A DNA stretch of 64,000 nt, taken from NCBI GenBank assembly GCA_963755915.1, contig CAVWLP010000002.1:928001-992000 (forward strand), read 5' to 3'. Source of the DNA: an uncultured Phycisphaerales bacterium. GTDB lineage: Bacteria > Planctomycetota > Phycisphaerae > Tepidisphaerales > Tepidisphaeraceae. The notes beneath the pieces were generated by a model. It was not told the origin of the DNA. It was given only the letters and a program-made list of their open reading frames with translations, and made no database searches. The number at the start of each line of letters is the position of its first letter. Positions within the stretch are counted from its first letter, which is position 1. Below, piece by piece: positions 29,478-41,100 of the stretch. A program made the translations under genes and the position numbers.

Positions 29478-30502
29478 AGCATTTCCCAAATTAAGATAGC
29501 GGAAGGCGATATCTGCAGTGCTCAAAGAATCCCTCGGCGTCGCCGGCCGTGATTGCATCCATCGCCTTGAACACCGCCTCCACCAACGCTTCGAATGTTC
29601 TGGGCTCGGCGCCGCGGATCAACTGCTTCACCTTGCTCCACATCATCTCGATCGGATTCCAATCCGGAGAATAAGGCGGCAGCAGCCGTAATTCACAGCC
29701 CGCCGCTTCGATCATCGCCCGCACCGCCGGCCGCTTGTGAGCCGGCAGATTGTCCATCACCACGATGTCGCCGGGCCGCAGTCCTGGAAGCAGCGCCTCA
29801 CGCACCCACACGACGAAAACGTCGCCGTCCATCGGTCCTTTCACCACCGCGCCGGCGATGGCGCCGCCGACTCGCACCGCGGCGATCATGGTGGTCGTGC
29901 TCCAGTGTCCGGCCGGGACCCTGCACACCAATCGTTCACCCCGGGCGCAGCGGCCACGCAGGCGGGTGAAGTTGGTTTTGGCCCCGGATTCATCCAGAAA
30001 AACCAGGCGATTGGGATCGACCTGCTTTACGTTTTGTTCCCATTGCGCACGCGCCTCGGCGACGTCGGGCCGCTCCTGCTCGGCGGCGTGGAGGGACTTT
30101 TTTTAAAGGACAAATCCAGCTTCCCGACCCAACGGTCCACCGTGGAGAGCGCCACGTCCAGTTGCAATTGCTCCTTGATTTCAGCGAGCGTGGCGTCGGG
30201 ATGATCCGCCACGAATTGCCCGAGCTGCGTTTTGATCTGGTCGGTGAGTTTTCCTTTGCGGCCGCGAAGGTGGAGCAGCGGGTCCGCGGTTCCGCGCTCG
30301 CGATGATTCTGCCGCACGCGGCGAACGGCTGATTCGCACCGGCCGAAGATGGCGGCGATTTCCTTGGTGCCCTTGCCGGCTTGATAGGCCGAGATGATCC
30401 ATCGACGGGTGAGGGTGATCTGGGAAGCCATGAAAACCTCCTTGTTGTTTCGGAGGTTAGCACAGGTCGATGCCTGGCGCTAGTTTAGAAAAGGAAATGC
30501 TC
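29477..30502 (-). mobile_element. IS630-family insertion sequence
   Basis: IRs GAGCATTTCC / GGAAATGCTC flanked by duplicated TA (29475-76 and 30503-04). Confidence 0.93.
29491..30431 (-). CDS. IS630 transposase, two ORFs joined at an A7 slippery site (~30098-30104)
   Basis: HTH ORF (HPDATLAE..LSFKK) and DDE ORF (FLDESG, VVMDNL.AH, LPPYSPDWNPIE.MW). Confidence 0.9.
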
Positions 30503-30619
30503 TAGTTTGGAGTGAGTGAGTCGGGGGTTGCCATCCGAATTGTTTTTCTTGCCGGAGACATTGGTACAAAAGGTAACCTCGACAGGCTGGCGGGGGCTTT
30601 TGGATAAAGGCCTTGCGCG

Positions 30620-33600
30620 TTATGCGTGGGCGGGCATGTTGCCGAACGTTGGCGGGGCTTTTACATCCACAGTAACCCTCGGCGTCTGCCGCAATTCCGA
30701 TTCGGCTTGGACGCGAACTTCGTCCATCTTGGGATATCTCACTTCGCGGTATCCGGTGACGCGCTCGGGGCAGCGGAGGATTCGCACCGCTTTCTCGTAC
30801 GCTTCGTCGCTGGCCAGGCTCACGCGATCCAGCAGGCTGAAATACCAGTCGCGGAAGGCGACTTCGCGTTTGTGCCAGCCGGGGAGCTTGCGCCACCATT
30901 TCATGTGGCGTGACGATGCGTAGCTGCCAGTCGGTGGTCGTCAGGCGCAGGCGGATGCGCCATTTGCCGATGTTGAATTCGGGGCTGGTGTGGTGGCGAT
31001 ATTTGAGACGGTCGCCGTTGGGGACGTCGACGTTGTACTTGACGATGTCGCGCTGCTTTTTCTCGTAGCGGGTCAGGAGATAAGAGACGTACGGCTCATC
31101 CTTGATGAGCATCACCTTGGCCAGGTTCCAGATGACGGCCTGCGTGGCGGCGAAATTCGCGTTCGGCGCGGTCGCGGCGATAGATCTTCCGGACCGCTTC
31201 CACGATATCGCTTGGCGAAGGCGAGGTTCTGGTATTGCATCAGGTCGTAGATGCGCAGGGCCAGATCATACTTGCCGGCTTCGGGCAGATCGGGCATCTG
31301 CTTGATCGCGGGGTTGACCGAGCTGCTCCAGTTGTTCGGCGAGGATCTGCCCGCGGAAACGCGTCTTGCGGAGGATGCGGACCTTGTTGGTGAGAAGCTG
31401 CTCCCAGGTTTCCGGCTCGGGCTTGCGCGGCAAGGCGCGCGGCTCCAGGGCCAGCTTGCGGCCGATGTTGAACGCCTTGAGGTTCCGGCGATGCTCGCGG
31501 CGGATGGTGTCCTTGATCGCCCAGGCGATGCTGCGGGCCGATACCGGAATCAGCCCAAGCTGATACGCCACGCCCAGCATCATGATGTTGGCGAACTGCT
31601 TGCTTCCCAGCCGCTGCTCGCAGATTTCGGAAAGGTTGGCGGCGAAGCTGCGGTCGGGGTTGCACTGCTCGAAGATCTGCTCGCGAAGCGCTTCGGGATC
31701 GAAATCCTCGCTTGCCCAGGAGCGTGTTGACCGTCGGCTGCTTGTGCGTGATTCAGCACGGCGGCCGTGTGCTGGGGCGAGGCGACGCGGAACTGCTCGC
31801 GCGGATCGATGGCGCGCGCGGCTTCGAGAATGTCGATGCCCAGCAGCAGATCGGCTTTGCCGTAGGGGATGGAGCCGGTGATGGGGAAAGAATCGGCGGA
31901 CGATTTCTCAGTGCTTGAGGGTTGACGAAGGTGATCTGCGAAAAGACGCCGCCGTTGCGGATGGCCAGGCCTTTTTTGTCCTGGAAGACGACGTGGTATC
32001 CTTCCTTGTGGCCGGCGCGGACGAGGATGGCGCCGACGACGCCGATGCCCATGCCGCCGACGCCGCTCATGTGGACGCGCCAGACGCTGCCGGGCGCGGC
32101 CATGTCGTGCACGCGGCGGGCGTCGGGGAGCTTGTCGAGATCCAGATTGCGGCAGCGTATAGCGCCGGCGCTTGCTGCGGATGACGGTCACCTGCTCGAA
32201 GCTGGGGCAGGGTTTGACCGAATCGGCAATCGTCGTTGCTGGTGCGGACGCGCTCGCAGGCGCCGTCGTTCACGCACCAGGTGAGATCGGTGTCGATCTT
32301 CTTGCCGTAATCGGTGTCGATGGAGGTCAGGCCCGGGCAGGCGGTGGCCTTGGTGCATTCCAGGCAGTTTTCGCACACCTCCGGCGTGATGTTCATGTGC
32401 GTCTTGCGCGGGAGATAGCCGAATTTCTTGACGGTCTTCCGCTCTTCCTTGCAGAACGCCGGCGGTGGTAGGTGATGCCGCATTCCTTGTCGGCGATGAC
32501 GACCTTCACGCCGTCGGTGAGGATGGTGCGTTCCAGGACGGCTTTGTAGCTGCGGCCGGTCGGCGGGTGAGAGCTTGATGACCGTCAGCGGGCTGGTGCC
32601 GGCCATGCCGCGGACGATCTCCTCGATGTCCTGGATGTAGGAGCGGTTGCCGAGCACGTCGAATTCGGTGCCGGCGTGTTCCTGGTGGCCGGTCATCGCG
32701 GTGGTCTTGTTTTCGAGGATGATGTAGGTGATGTCCTGGCTGGCCTTGATGGAGTTGCTGATGGCGATCTGGCCGGAGTGGAAAAAGGTGCCGTCGCCCA
32801 TGAAGACGATCTGCTTGTTGGTGATGAACGGGTCGATGCCGGAGCCGGTGCCGCCGCCGAGGCCCATGCCGCTGTAGTTGTGCATGAGTTGCTTGGTGGG
32901 GGCGAACATGAGCATGGTGTAGCAGCCGGTGTCGCCGTGGGCGACGAGATCGACCGGGCCCGCTGCCGTGGTGCTCGGGCCATGTAGTTCGGGTCGGCGA
33001 GGTTTTGGCGAAGTTCCAGGAGCGTGGCCGAGCTGTCGCGATGCGGGCAGCCGGGGCAGAACGTCGGCGTGCGGGGAACGATCGCGCTGTGAAAGCACCT
33101 CCAGCTTCGGCTTGCTGGCGCGGCGGATGCGCTCGATTTCGGCGGTCAGGCGGCCGTTGCGGCGATGGGGGTCGATCTCCGTCGTTGCCTGGATCAGCGG
33201 GATAATCCGCTGGGCCAGGACGGAGAAATTCAGCCCGCGGGTTTCGGGGATTCCCTCGAGCTTGCCGGGGAATGTTTTTCCGTAGAGCCGCCCGGCCAGA
33301 TTGGACGGCCTCCGCCTGGGGCAACGCGTGGAAGAGCGCGTCGCGGATATTTTTCTCCAGGAAACTGCGCCGCTCTTCGATGACGATCATGTTCTTGCAC
33401 AGCGCCGAGAATTCGCGACGAGGGCGACGTCGGCGGGATAGCTCATGCCCATGTGCAGGATGGGGAACATGTCGGCGAGGCCCAGGTCGTACAGAACGTG
33501 CTGGAGATAGGGGCCGCCCATGCCGGTGACGATGAAGCCCAGCGGCGAGGGATTGGCGGCGTCGCGATCGGTGGCGGGAATAATGCGATTGATCCCCAGC

Positions 33601-34330
33601 TCGCGGGCGGCCGCATGGTCGTGGCGAAGCGCTCGGGGAAGAGCAGCTCTTGTTTCCAGGTGCGCGGCGGGAGCAGGACCTTGTTCAGGTCGATCTGCGC
33701 GGTGTCGAGGGCGATCTTCTGGTTGGTGTTGAGGGTGGGGAACTGATTGGGCCGGCAGAGGACGGTGCCGCCGCCGTCGGCGTGGGCGACGGTGACGATA
33801 TACCCGATGTAAAGCCCCGCCGATTGGCTGAGCTTGAAGGAGAGGTCGATCCAGTCTTTCAGTTCCTGGGGCGAGCCGGGTTCGACGACGGGCATGCGCA
33901 GATGTTCGCAGAGGAAACGGCTGTCGGCCGGAACCTGGGTGCTGTCGCACCAGGGGTCGTCTCCCATGATGATGACGGCGCCGCCCTGCGGGTGCGCGCC
34001 GGCGAGGTTGCCCAGGGCCAGGGCGTCGGAGGCGACGTGTACGCCGACGCTTTTAAAAGCGGCGATGGCGCGGGTCGGGGCCATCTGCGAGCCATTGACG
34101 GCGGCGACGGAGATGGCTTCGTTATTGGCCTGGAAGGCGCGGATGCCCTTGGCGCTGAGGAGGTCGCCGATGTCGCCCATGACGTCGAAGAATCCGGCGA
34201 CGGGGGAGCCGGGATAGCCGGTGAGCAGGTGGACGCCCCCCTCGGTTTCCAGAGCGCCTTTGATAAGGAGTTCATTCCCGGTGAAGACTTCGCGGCCGGA
34301 ATCGGCCAGAAAGCGCGGATCGGTAGCCAT
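30620..34330 (-). CDS. Fused indolepyruvate/2-oxoacid:ferredoxin oxidoreductase family protein, broken by about 10 apparent frameshifts
   Basis: GNELLIKG..TGYPGSPV, GDD....STQ, GDGTFFHSG..N..TAMTG.Q, CENCLEC..CP, CVNDGAC, GVGGMG..GLAIRNG, IKDE.YV, GYREVR. Confidence 0.85.
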
Positions 34331-34592
34331 TTTTCAGTCTGCCTTTTGCGGGCCCCGGATTTTTCCGGGATCGGCGTGGCTTACCCTCGACAAGCTCAAG
34401 GGCAGGAGACGCCGGTCAGTCACCGCAAGGAAAAAGACTTTTGGCCCCTCCGGGATTTAATGGCCGGATGGGGCCGGTGTTAGCCCATGGTCCTGTATCG
34501 GACGAATGGGGGAAACGAATGGAATTGTATACGAAGGGAGGGGGAAATGCACAAGCGGGGGACAATTTTAGGGAAATTCCCAATGTCAAACG

Positions 34593-34621
34593 AAAAAAGC
34601 CGTTTCCGGGACATAAACGGC
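34593..34621 (-). terminator. Probable intrinsic terminator after the PEP-CTERM pair
   Basis: Stem GCCGTTT/AAACGGC followed by T6 on the minus strand, ~35 nt past the 34655 stop. Confidence 0.6.
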
Positions 34622-34654
34622 CTCTCAGGTTAATTCAATTTTTATCGCGAAATC

Positions 34655-35308
34655 TCAAGCCTTGCGGCGGCGCCGCAGGCAAAGTGCGCCGGAACTGACG
34701 CAGATCAGGGAAACCGTTGCGGGCTCGGGCACGGTATTGGGAACGATAACTGCCACACTGCCATTGCCGCCATCCTGGACAACCGCATTTCCAATCGTGT
34801 ACGAGGTGGCGTCCGTTTTGACAAACAGAACGTCGGTTGTCTCGCCTTGAGGGACAGCATTTGCCGCGAGGAACTCAAAGCCAACATTATCCCCGCTGGC
34901 ACTTCGCGTGATAGGAGTGGGAGCAACATTCGGGCCCGTCAGATAGTCCGCGTCGGTGGTAAAGCCGGTGTATCCGCCGACCGTGAGATGCTCGATTGTG
35001 TCCAGGCTATTGGCGCTATTTGTGAATTGGTAAAGAAAATCGTAATCACCGGTAGACGAATCGAGGACCGCCTCCGAAGTGATCGTACCGGTAAAGACGG
35101 CAACGCTCGAGGCGTTCGTGCCGGTGAACGGTACATTCGAAAGTGTATCTGCCACTGAGCCGCTGACGGTTTCGGTCCCCGTTGGGGTCTCAGTTTGTCC
35201 CGGAAGAATAATTACAGCGCACGCCTGTGGCGAAAAGCTTAGCGCCGCGAAAAGTAAGGCGAAGGCCAAACCCACGCCACTGGAGATTCGAGCATTTTTC
35301 GTTCCCAT
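34655..35308 (-). CDS. PEP-CTERM surface protein
   Basis: Signal peptide; ends VPEPATVSLICVSSGALCLRRRRKA. Confidence 0.9.
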   Translation of the reverse strand: MGTKNARISSGVGLAFALLFAALSFSPQACAVIILPGQTETPTGTETVSGSVADTLSNVPFTGTNASSVAVFTGTITSEAVLDSSTGDYDFLYQFTNSANSLDTIEHLTVGGYTGFTTDADYLTGPNVAPTPITRSASGDNVGFEFLAANAVPQGETTDVLFVKTDATSYTIGNAVVQDGGNGSVAVIVPNTVPEPATVSLICVSSGALCLRRRRKA

Positions 35309-35358
35309 GTTTTACTCCACTCCCAAATCCCATTTGTGCCGAACAATCGATCTACCTT

Positions 35359-36075
35359 TCACTTCCCACGACTGCGACGTCGCGACATCAACATACCGCC
35401 CGTCATCAGCAATAAACCTACAGAAGCCGGCTCCGGTACAGGCGGCGAGCTAAAACCATACGCAGGAACCACGGCAAATGCGTCGGCTGGCTCATCGTCC
35501 GTTATGGCAGCGTTCCCGTTTGTGTAGCCCGCTGAATTAGTTTCGATAAGTAGTGTGTACGACGTCGTGCCCGGGCCCAGAGTGCTGGCCGGATTGCCCG
35601 GGTCGAAATCCCACCCGATGTTCGAGCCGGTTACATCGCTGGTCGCGTCGGTGGGTATAACGCTGCCACTGAAGCCATTAGCGGCATTGCCTGTCGAATA
35701 CCCTACATACGTAGTGAAAGTGGAAAAGCTGGATAGGGTTAGGTTGGCGATCGAATCGGTGCTGCCGGCATTGTCTGTGATCTGGTATAGAAAATCGTAT
35801 TGGGGAGATGCTACAGTTCCGACGTTGATCGCTTCACTGAAAAGAGAGCCGCTATAGACAGATGTGCTGAAATTCTGCGTTTCAGCGGCCACCACTGTTC
35901 CAAATGTCGGCGTCGGTAGCGTTCCATTGGGCGTTGTACTGGGAACCGGGTTTACGTCCCCTCCCGGATTCAATATCACCACTCCCGGCGTCAGGATTAT
36001 TCCCGCATGAGCTTTGTCAACCGCCAAACCGGCGGCGGCGATAAGCAGAGCTACGGATTTAAACTTCTTGCACAT
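35359..36075 (-). CDS. PEP-CTERM surface protein (paralog of the neighbouring gene)
   Basis: Signal peptide; ends VPEPASVGLLLMTGGMLMSRRRSRGK; shares YDFLYQ...S.D.I..LT....FTT with 34655-35308. Confidence 0.9.
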   Translation of the reverse strand: MCKKFKSVALLIAAAGLAVDKAHAGIILTPGVVILNPGGDVNPVPSTTPNGTLPTPTFGTVVAAETQNFSTSVYSGSLFSEAINVGTVASPQYDFLYQITDNAGSTDSIANLTLSSFSTFTTYVGYSTGNAANGFSGSVIPTDATSDVTGSNIGWDFDPGNPASTLGPGTTSYTLLIETNSAGYTNGNAAITDDEPADAFAVVPAYGFSSPPVPEPASVGLLLMTGGMLMSRRRSRGK

Positions 36076-36486
36076 TTCTCGCTCCTCCCCCTATTCACCG
36101 AGGGATATTTAAAACACACATATTTTTTCCGCCAGCTACCATTCGCTTTACTGCGGATAGCATCCGCATTGTTCGCAGGGCTCAGCCATAGTAGAGGGAG
36201 GTACGCATTTGCTGTTTACGCCTCCAAGGGATGTAACTCAATGCTGACGCAATAGATTCCCAAAATGTCGCAAATGTGTCAAGAAATAAATGGTGAGCGG
36301 CCGCTCAAAATTGGGGCATTTTTGCGGGAATAAAATGGAAACGGCGTTAATTCAGGAAGTCTATAGGAATTGGGGCGCGGTTAATATGAACGTATCTCTT
36401 GAATGCTAAAGGTTATGTGGAGGCTGCAAATGCTGAGTTTGCTACGGCTTGCGGGGTTCAGATAACAGGGCAGAAAAAGCGAAAAA

Positions 36487-37988
36487 TCAAAATAATTTTA
36501 TCTCTGGGCCGAGATCAGAATGACCCATGAGGAACTGATCGACGCCCCGGGCGGCCTGGCGGCCTTCGCTGATGGCCCAGACGATGAGGCTCTGTCCGCG
36601 GCGAATGTCGCCGGCGGCAAAGACGCCGGGGATGCTGGTGGCGTAGTTTTCGTCGCAGGCGACATTGCCGCGGGAATCGAGCTTGAGCCCAAGCTGGCCG
36701 ATGGGGCCGTCGTGCTCGGGGTGGACGAAGCCGAGGGCGAGCAGGCACAGATCGCAATCAAGCTCGAATTCGCGAGCCGGGGACTTCTTTCATCGACAGC
36801 CGGCCGCTGTGGTCTTTGGCCCACTCCAGGCGGATGCCCAGGAGTTTTTTAACGACGCCGTTTTCGCCGGTGAATGCCTTGGTGTTGATCGAAAAATCGC
36901 GGATTTCGTGCCCGGCGAGTTCGTTGGCTTCCTCGTGGGCACTGCTGGTGCGGAAGATCATCGGCCACTCGGGCCAGGGTTTGAGCTTTCCTTCGGCGAC
37001 GGATTCGAGCGAGCGGGCATCAAGCGGCCGCGGCAGCAGCTCGAATTGCTTGACCGATTTGCACCCCTGTCGGATGCAGGTGCCCAGGCAGTCGGCGCCG
37101 GTGTCGCCGCCGCCGAGGATGATCACGTGCTTGTCCTTCGCGTCGATGAAATCGCTGTCCGGGATCTGATCGCCAAGATTCCTTTTGTTCTGCAGGGGCA
37201 GGTAATCCATGGCGAGGTGGATGCCGGCGAGATTTCGGCCCGGGGACGTCGAGATCGCGCGCCTTGGTGCTGCCGCCGCACAGGACGATGGCATCGAAGT
37301 CGCGGCGGAGATCGCCGACTTTCACGTTGTGGCCGACGTTGGCATTCGTCACGAACTTAATTCCCTCTTCCTCCATCAGCTTGACGCGGCGATCGACGAA
37401 GCGTTTTTCGAGCTTGAAGTTGGGGATGCCGTACATCAGCAACCCGCCGATGCGGTCGGCCCGCTCGAAGACGGTCACGGTATGACCGGCTTTATTGAGC
37501 TGCGCCGCGGCGGCAAGGCCCGCCGGGCCGGAGCCGACGACCGCGACCTTCTTGCCCGTGCGTTTTTCCGGCGGCTGCGGCTTGATCCACCCTTCGCTAA
37601 ACGCGTGCTCGATGATGCTCAGCTCGATATTCTTGATCGTGACCGGTTTGTTGTTGATCCCCAGTACGCACGCTTCTTCGCAGGGGGCGGGGCAGACCCG
37701 GCCCGTGAATTCCGGGAAATTGTTGGTCTTAAAGAGCATCTCCAGCGCTTCGCGCCAGCGGTTGCGATAGACCAGGTCGTTCCATTCGGGAATGATGTTT
37801 CCCAGCGGGCATCCGCTCCCGCTGTTGCAGAAGGGAACGCCGCAGTCCATGCAGCGGGCCCCCTGCTTGCGCAGCTTGTCTTCGGGGAAGTCGTTGTAAA
37901 CTTCGTCCCAGTCCAGCAGGCGCAGCTTGACGGCACGCCGGGAGGGCGTTTCGCGGTTGATTTCTTTGAAGCCGGTGGGTTTGCCCAT
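36487..37988 (-). CDS. gltD: Glutamate synthase small subunit (apparent frameshifts near 37245 and 36780; exact 3' end uncertain)
   Basis: [62 protein letters not shown]. Confidence 0.95.
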
Positions 37989-37993
37989 GTGTT

Positions 37994-38160
37994 AAATCCG
38001 AAACCAGAAACCAGCCTTCGACAGGCTCAGGCCCTGAGCGAGCGGAGCGAGTCGCGGGGAAACCAGAATCAAGTCCCGAATGACGAAATCCGAAGGGACC
38101 ATCATTCGGTCATTCGAGTTTTGGGCTTGATTCGTCATTCGGATTTCTGGTTTCGGGTTT
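37994..38160. repeat. Intergenic heptamer-periodic inverted repeat carrying a 45-nt palindromic insert (38015-38059)
   Basis: Left arm AAATCCG AAACCAG AAACCAG [CCTTCGACAGGCTCAGGCCCTGAGC..GGGG] AAACCAG AATCAAG; right arm ends GATTTCTGGTTTCGGGTTT. Confidence 0.75.
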
Positions 38161-38165
38161 ATCAA

Positions 38166-41100
38166 TCACGCTTGTCTTTGCGCCAATTGCCGCGCCCGTT
38201 CCTCGACCTCCGCCTTGTGTTCGAGCACCCTCCGATAGTCCGTCGGCATCACTTTCACGAACCACTTCAGTTCCTCGTCGAAGTCGTTGAGAATCGCCTT
38301 GGCCACGGGGCTGGCGGTAAATTTGTGGTGGTTTTCGAGCAGTTGGCGGATGGTGTCGCGGTCTTCCGGTTTGTCGGGCTGCTCAAGAGCAACCATCTCT
38401 CGGTTGCACAGGTCCTTGAAGAGGCCGGAACTGTCGTAGACGTATGCGATCCCGCCCGACATTCCCGCGGCGAAATTGCGGCCGGTGGGTCCGATGACGA
38501 CGACGCGTCCGCCGGTCATGTATTCGCAGCCGTGGTCGCCGACAGCCTTCGACGACGGCGGAGGCGCCGCTGTTGCGGACGCAGAAGCGTTCGCCGACGA
38601 CGCCGCGGAGATAAATTTCGCCTTCGATGGCGCCGTAGCCGATGACGTTGCCGGCGATGATATTTTCCTCGGCCTTGAAGGTGGAATTCTTGGGCGGATA
38701 GACGATGACGCGCCCGCCGGAGAGGCCCTTGCCGCAATAGTCGTTGGCGTCGCCTTCCAGTTCGAGGGTTACGCCGCGGGCCAGGAAGCACCCAAAGCTC
38801 TGCCCGGCCGAGCCCTGGAATTTGAAGTGGATGGACCCGTCGGGCAGCCCGGCGTGGCCGTGCTTTTTGGCGATTTCGCTGGAGAGGATCGCACCGACGG
38901 TGCGGTTGACGTTGATGATGGGCAGCTCCGCCGAGACTTTTTCGCCGCGCTCCAGCGCCGGCTGCGCGAGCTTGAGCAGCCGATTGTCCAGGGCGGCGTC
39001 GAGGCCGTGGTCCTGCTTCATGACGTTGCGCACCGCGACGGTTGGCGGAACATCCGGCTTGTGCAGCACGACCGAGAGGTCCAGGCTCTTTGCTTTCCAG
39101 TGATTGCTGAGGTCGGCAAATTCAAGCATCTGCGTCTGGCCGACCATCTCATCAAATTTCCGGAAGCCCATCTGCGCCATAAGATGGCGGACTTCTTCGG
39201 CAATGAAGAACATGAAGTTGATCACGTGCTCCGGTTTGCCGGTGAATTTCTTGCGCAGTTCCGGGTCCTGCGTGGCGATGCCGACCGGGCAGGTGTTGAG
39301 ATGGCAGACGCGCATCATGATGCAGCCCGACGCGATGAGCGGCCCAGTGCTGAACCCGAATTCTTCGGCCCCCAGAAGCGCGCCGATGACGACATCGCGC
39401 CCGGTCTTAAGCTGCCCATCGGTCTGAAGAACGATACGGCCCCGCAGATCGTTAAGGACCAGCGTCTGCTGGGTTTCGGAGACGCCCAGCTCCCACGGAA
39501 TGCCGGCATACTTGATGCTCGTGAGCGGGGAAGCGCCGGTCCCGCCGCTGTCGCCGCTGATGAGGATGTGATCGGCCTTCGCCTTGGCCACTCCCGCGGC
39601 CACCGTGCCGACGCCCACTTCGCTGACCAGCTTCACGCTGATCCGCGCCTGCGGTTGCTGTTCTTCAAATCGTGGATGAGCTGGGCGAGGTCCTCAATCG
39701 AATAAATGTCGTGATGCGGCGGCGGTGAGATAAGCCCGACGCCCGGCGTCGAATGCCGGATCTTCCCGATGTACTCATCGACTTTGTGCCCTGGCAGTTG
39801 GCCCCCCTCGCCGGGCTTGGCGCCCTGGGCCATCTTGATCTGCAATTCCTCGGCGTTGATGAGATATTCCGCGGTCACCCCAAATCGCGCCGAGGCCACC
39901 TGCTTGATCGCCGAGCGGCGCAGCACCTGCGAACCCGGCAGCGTCTCATGAACAACCTTCAATTGCGAAGAGACGATCGGCTTGCCTGCTTTATCGCGAT
40001 CCGGCTGGAATCGCTCCGGGTCTTCGCCCCCTTCGCCGGTATTGCTCTTGCCGCCGATGCGGTTCATGGCGATGGCCAGATTTTCGTGTGCTTCCTTGCT
40101 GATCGATCCGAAGCTCATCGCCCCGGTCACGAAGCGCTTGACGATCTCGCTGGCCGGCTCCACTTCCGCCAGCGGAATCGGATGGGCCGTTTTGCGGAAG
40201 TTCAGCAGCCCGCGAAGCGTGCAGCGATGCCGGGATTCATCATCGCAGAGTTTTGTGTATTCCTGGAATGCCTTGAACCCATCGATGGGCTTGGTGATCC
40301 CCAGCCGCACGGCATGCTGGATTTTGCCGATCGACTCAGGGTTCCACATGTGATATTCGCCGTCGCGCCGCCACTGGTAGTTTCCGCCGTTGTCGAGCAC
40401 TTCGCCGTTGACGCGAATGGGCGGGTAGCCGTGGCGATGCCGCATGAGCGATTCGCGGGCGATAACGTCCAGATCGACGCCGTTGATTCGGCTCGACGTG
40501 TTGGTGAAAAATTTTTCGATGACCCGGCCGCTTAGCCCGATCGCCTCGAAAATCTGCGCACCGCGATAGCTCTGCACGGTGCTGATGCCCATCTTGCTGG
40601 CGACCTTGAGGATCGCCTTGTTGGCGGCCTTGATGAAATTCTTCGTCGCCTGTTCGAGCGTCACGTTTTCCGGAAGCAGCCCGTCCTTTTGCAGATCGGT
40701 AAGCGTTTCGAAGGCGAGATACGGGTTGATCGCCCCGGCCCCATACCCGATCAGCAGGCAGAAATGATGCGATTCGCGCGCTTCACCGGTTTCGATCACC
40801 AACCCGCACTGGGTGCGCGTTCCCTCGCGGATGAGATGGTGATGCACCGCTGCGGTCGCCAGCAGGCTGGGGATCGGCACGTGCTGCGCATCGACGCCGC
40901 GATCCGATAGAACGATGATCGACGCCCCTTCCCGCACCGCCTTCGCGGCCGCGCCGCACAGCGCATCGACAGCTTTTTCCAGCCCGGCTTCGCCTTCAAT
41001 CACCGGGAAAAGCATCGGAATCGTGACGGCGCGCAAATCGCCGTGCGAAACCTCGCGAATTTTTTCCAGGTCGCTGTTGGAAAGAATCGGCTGCTTGAGC

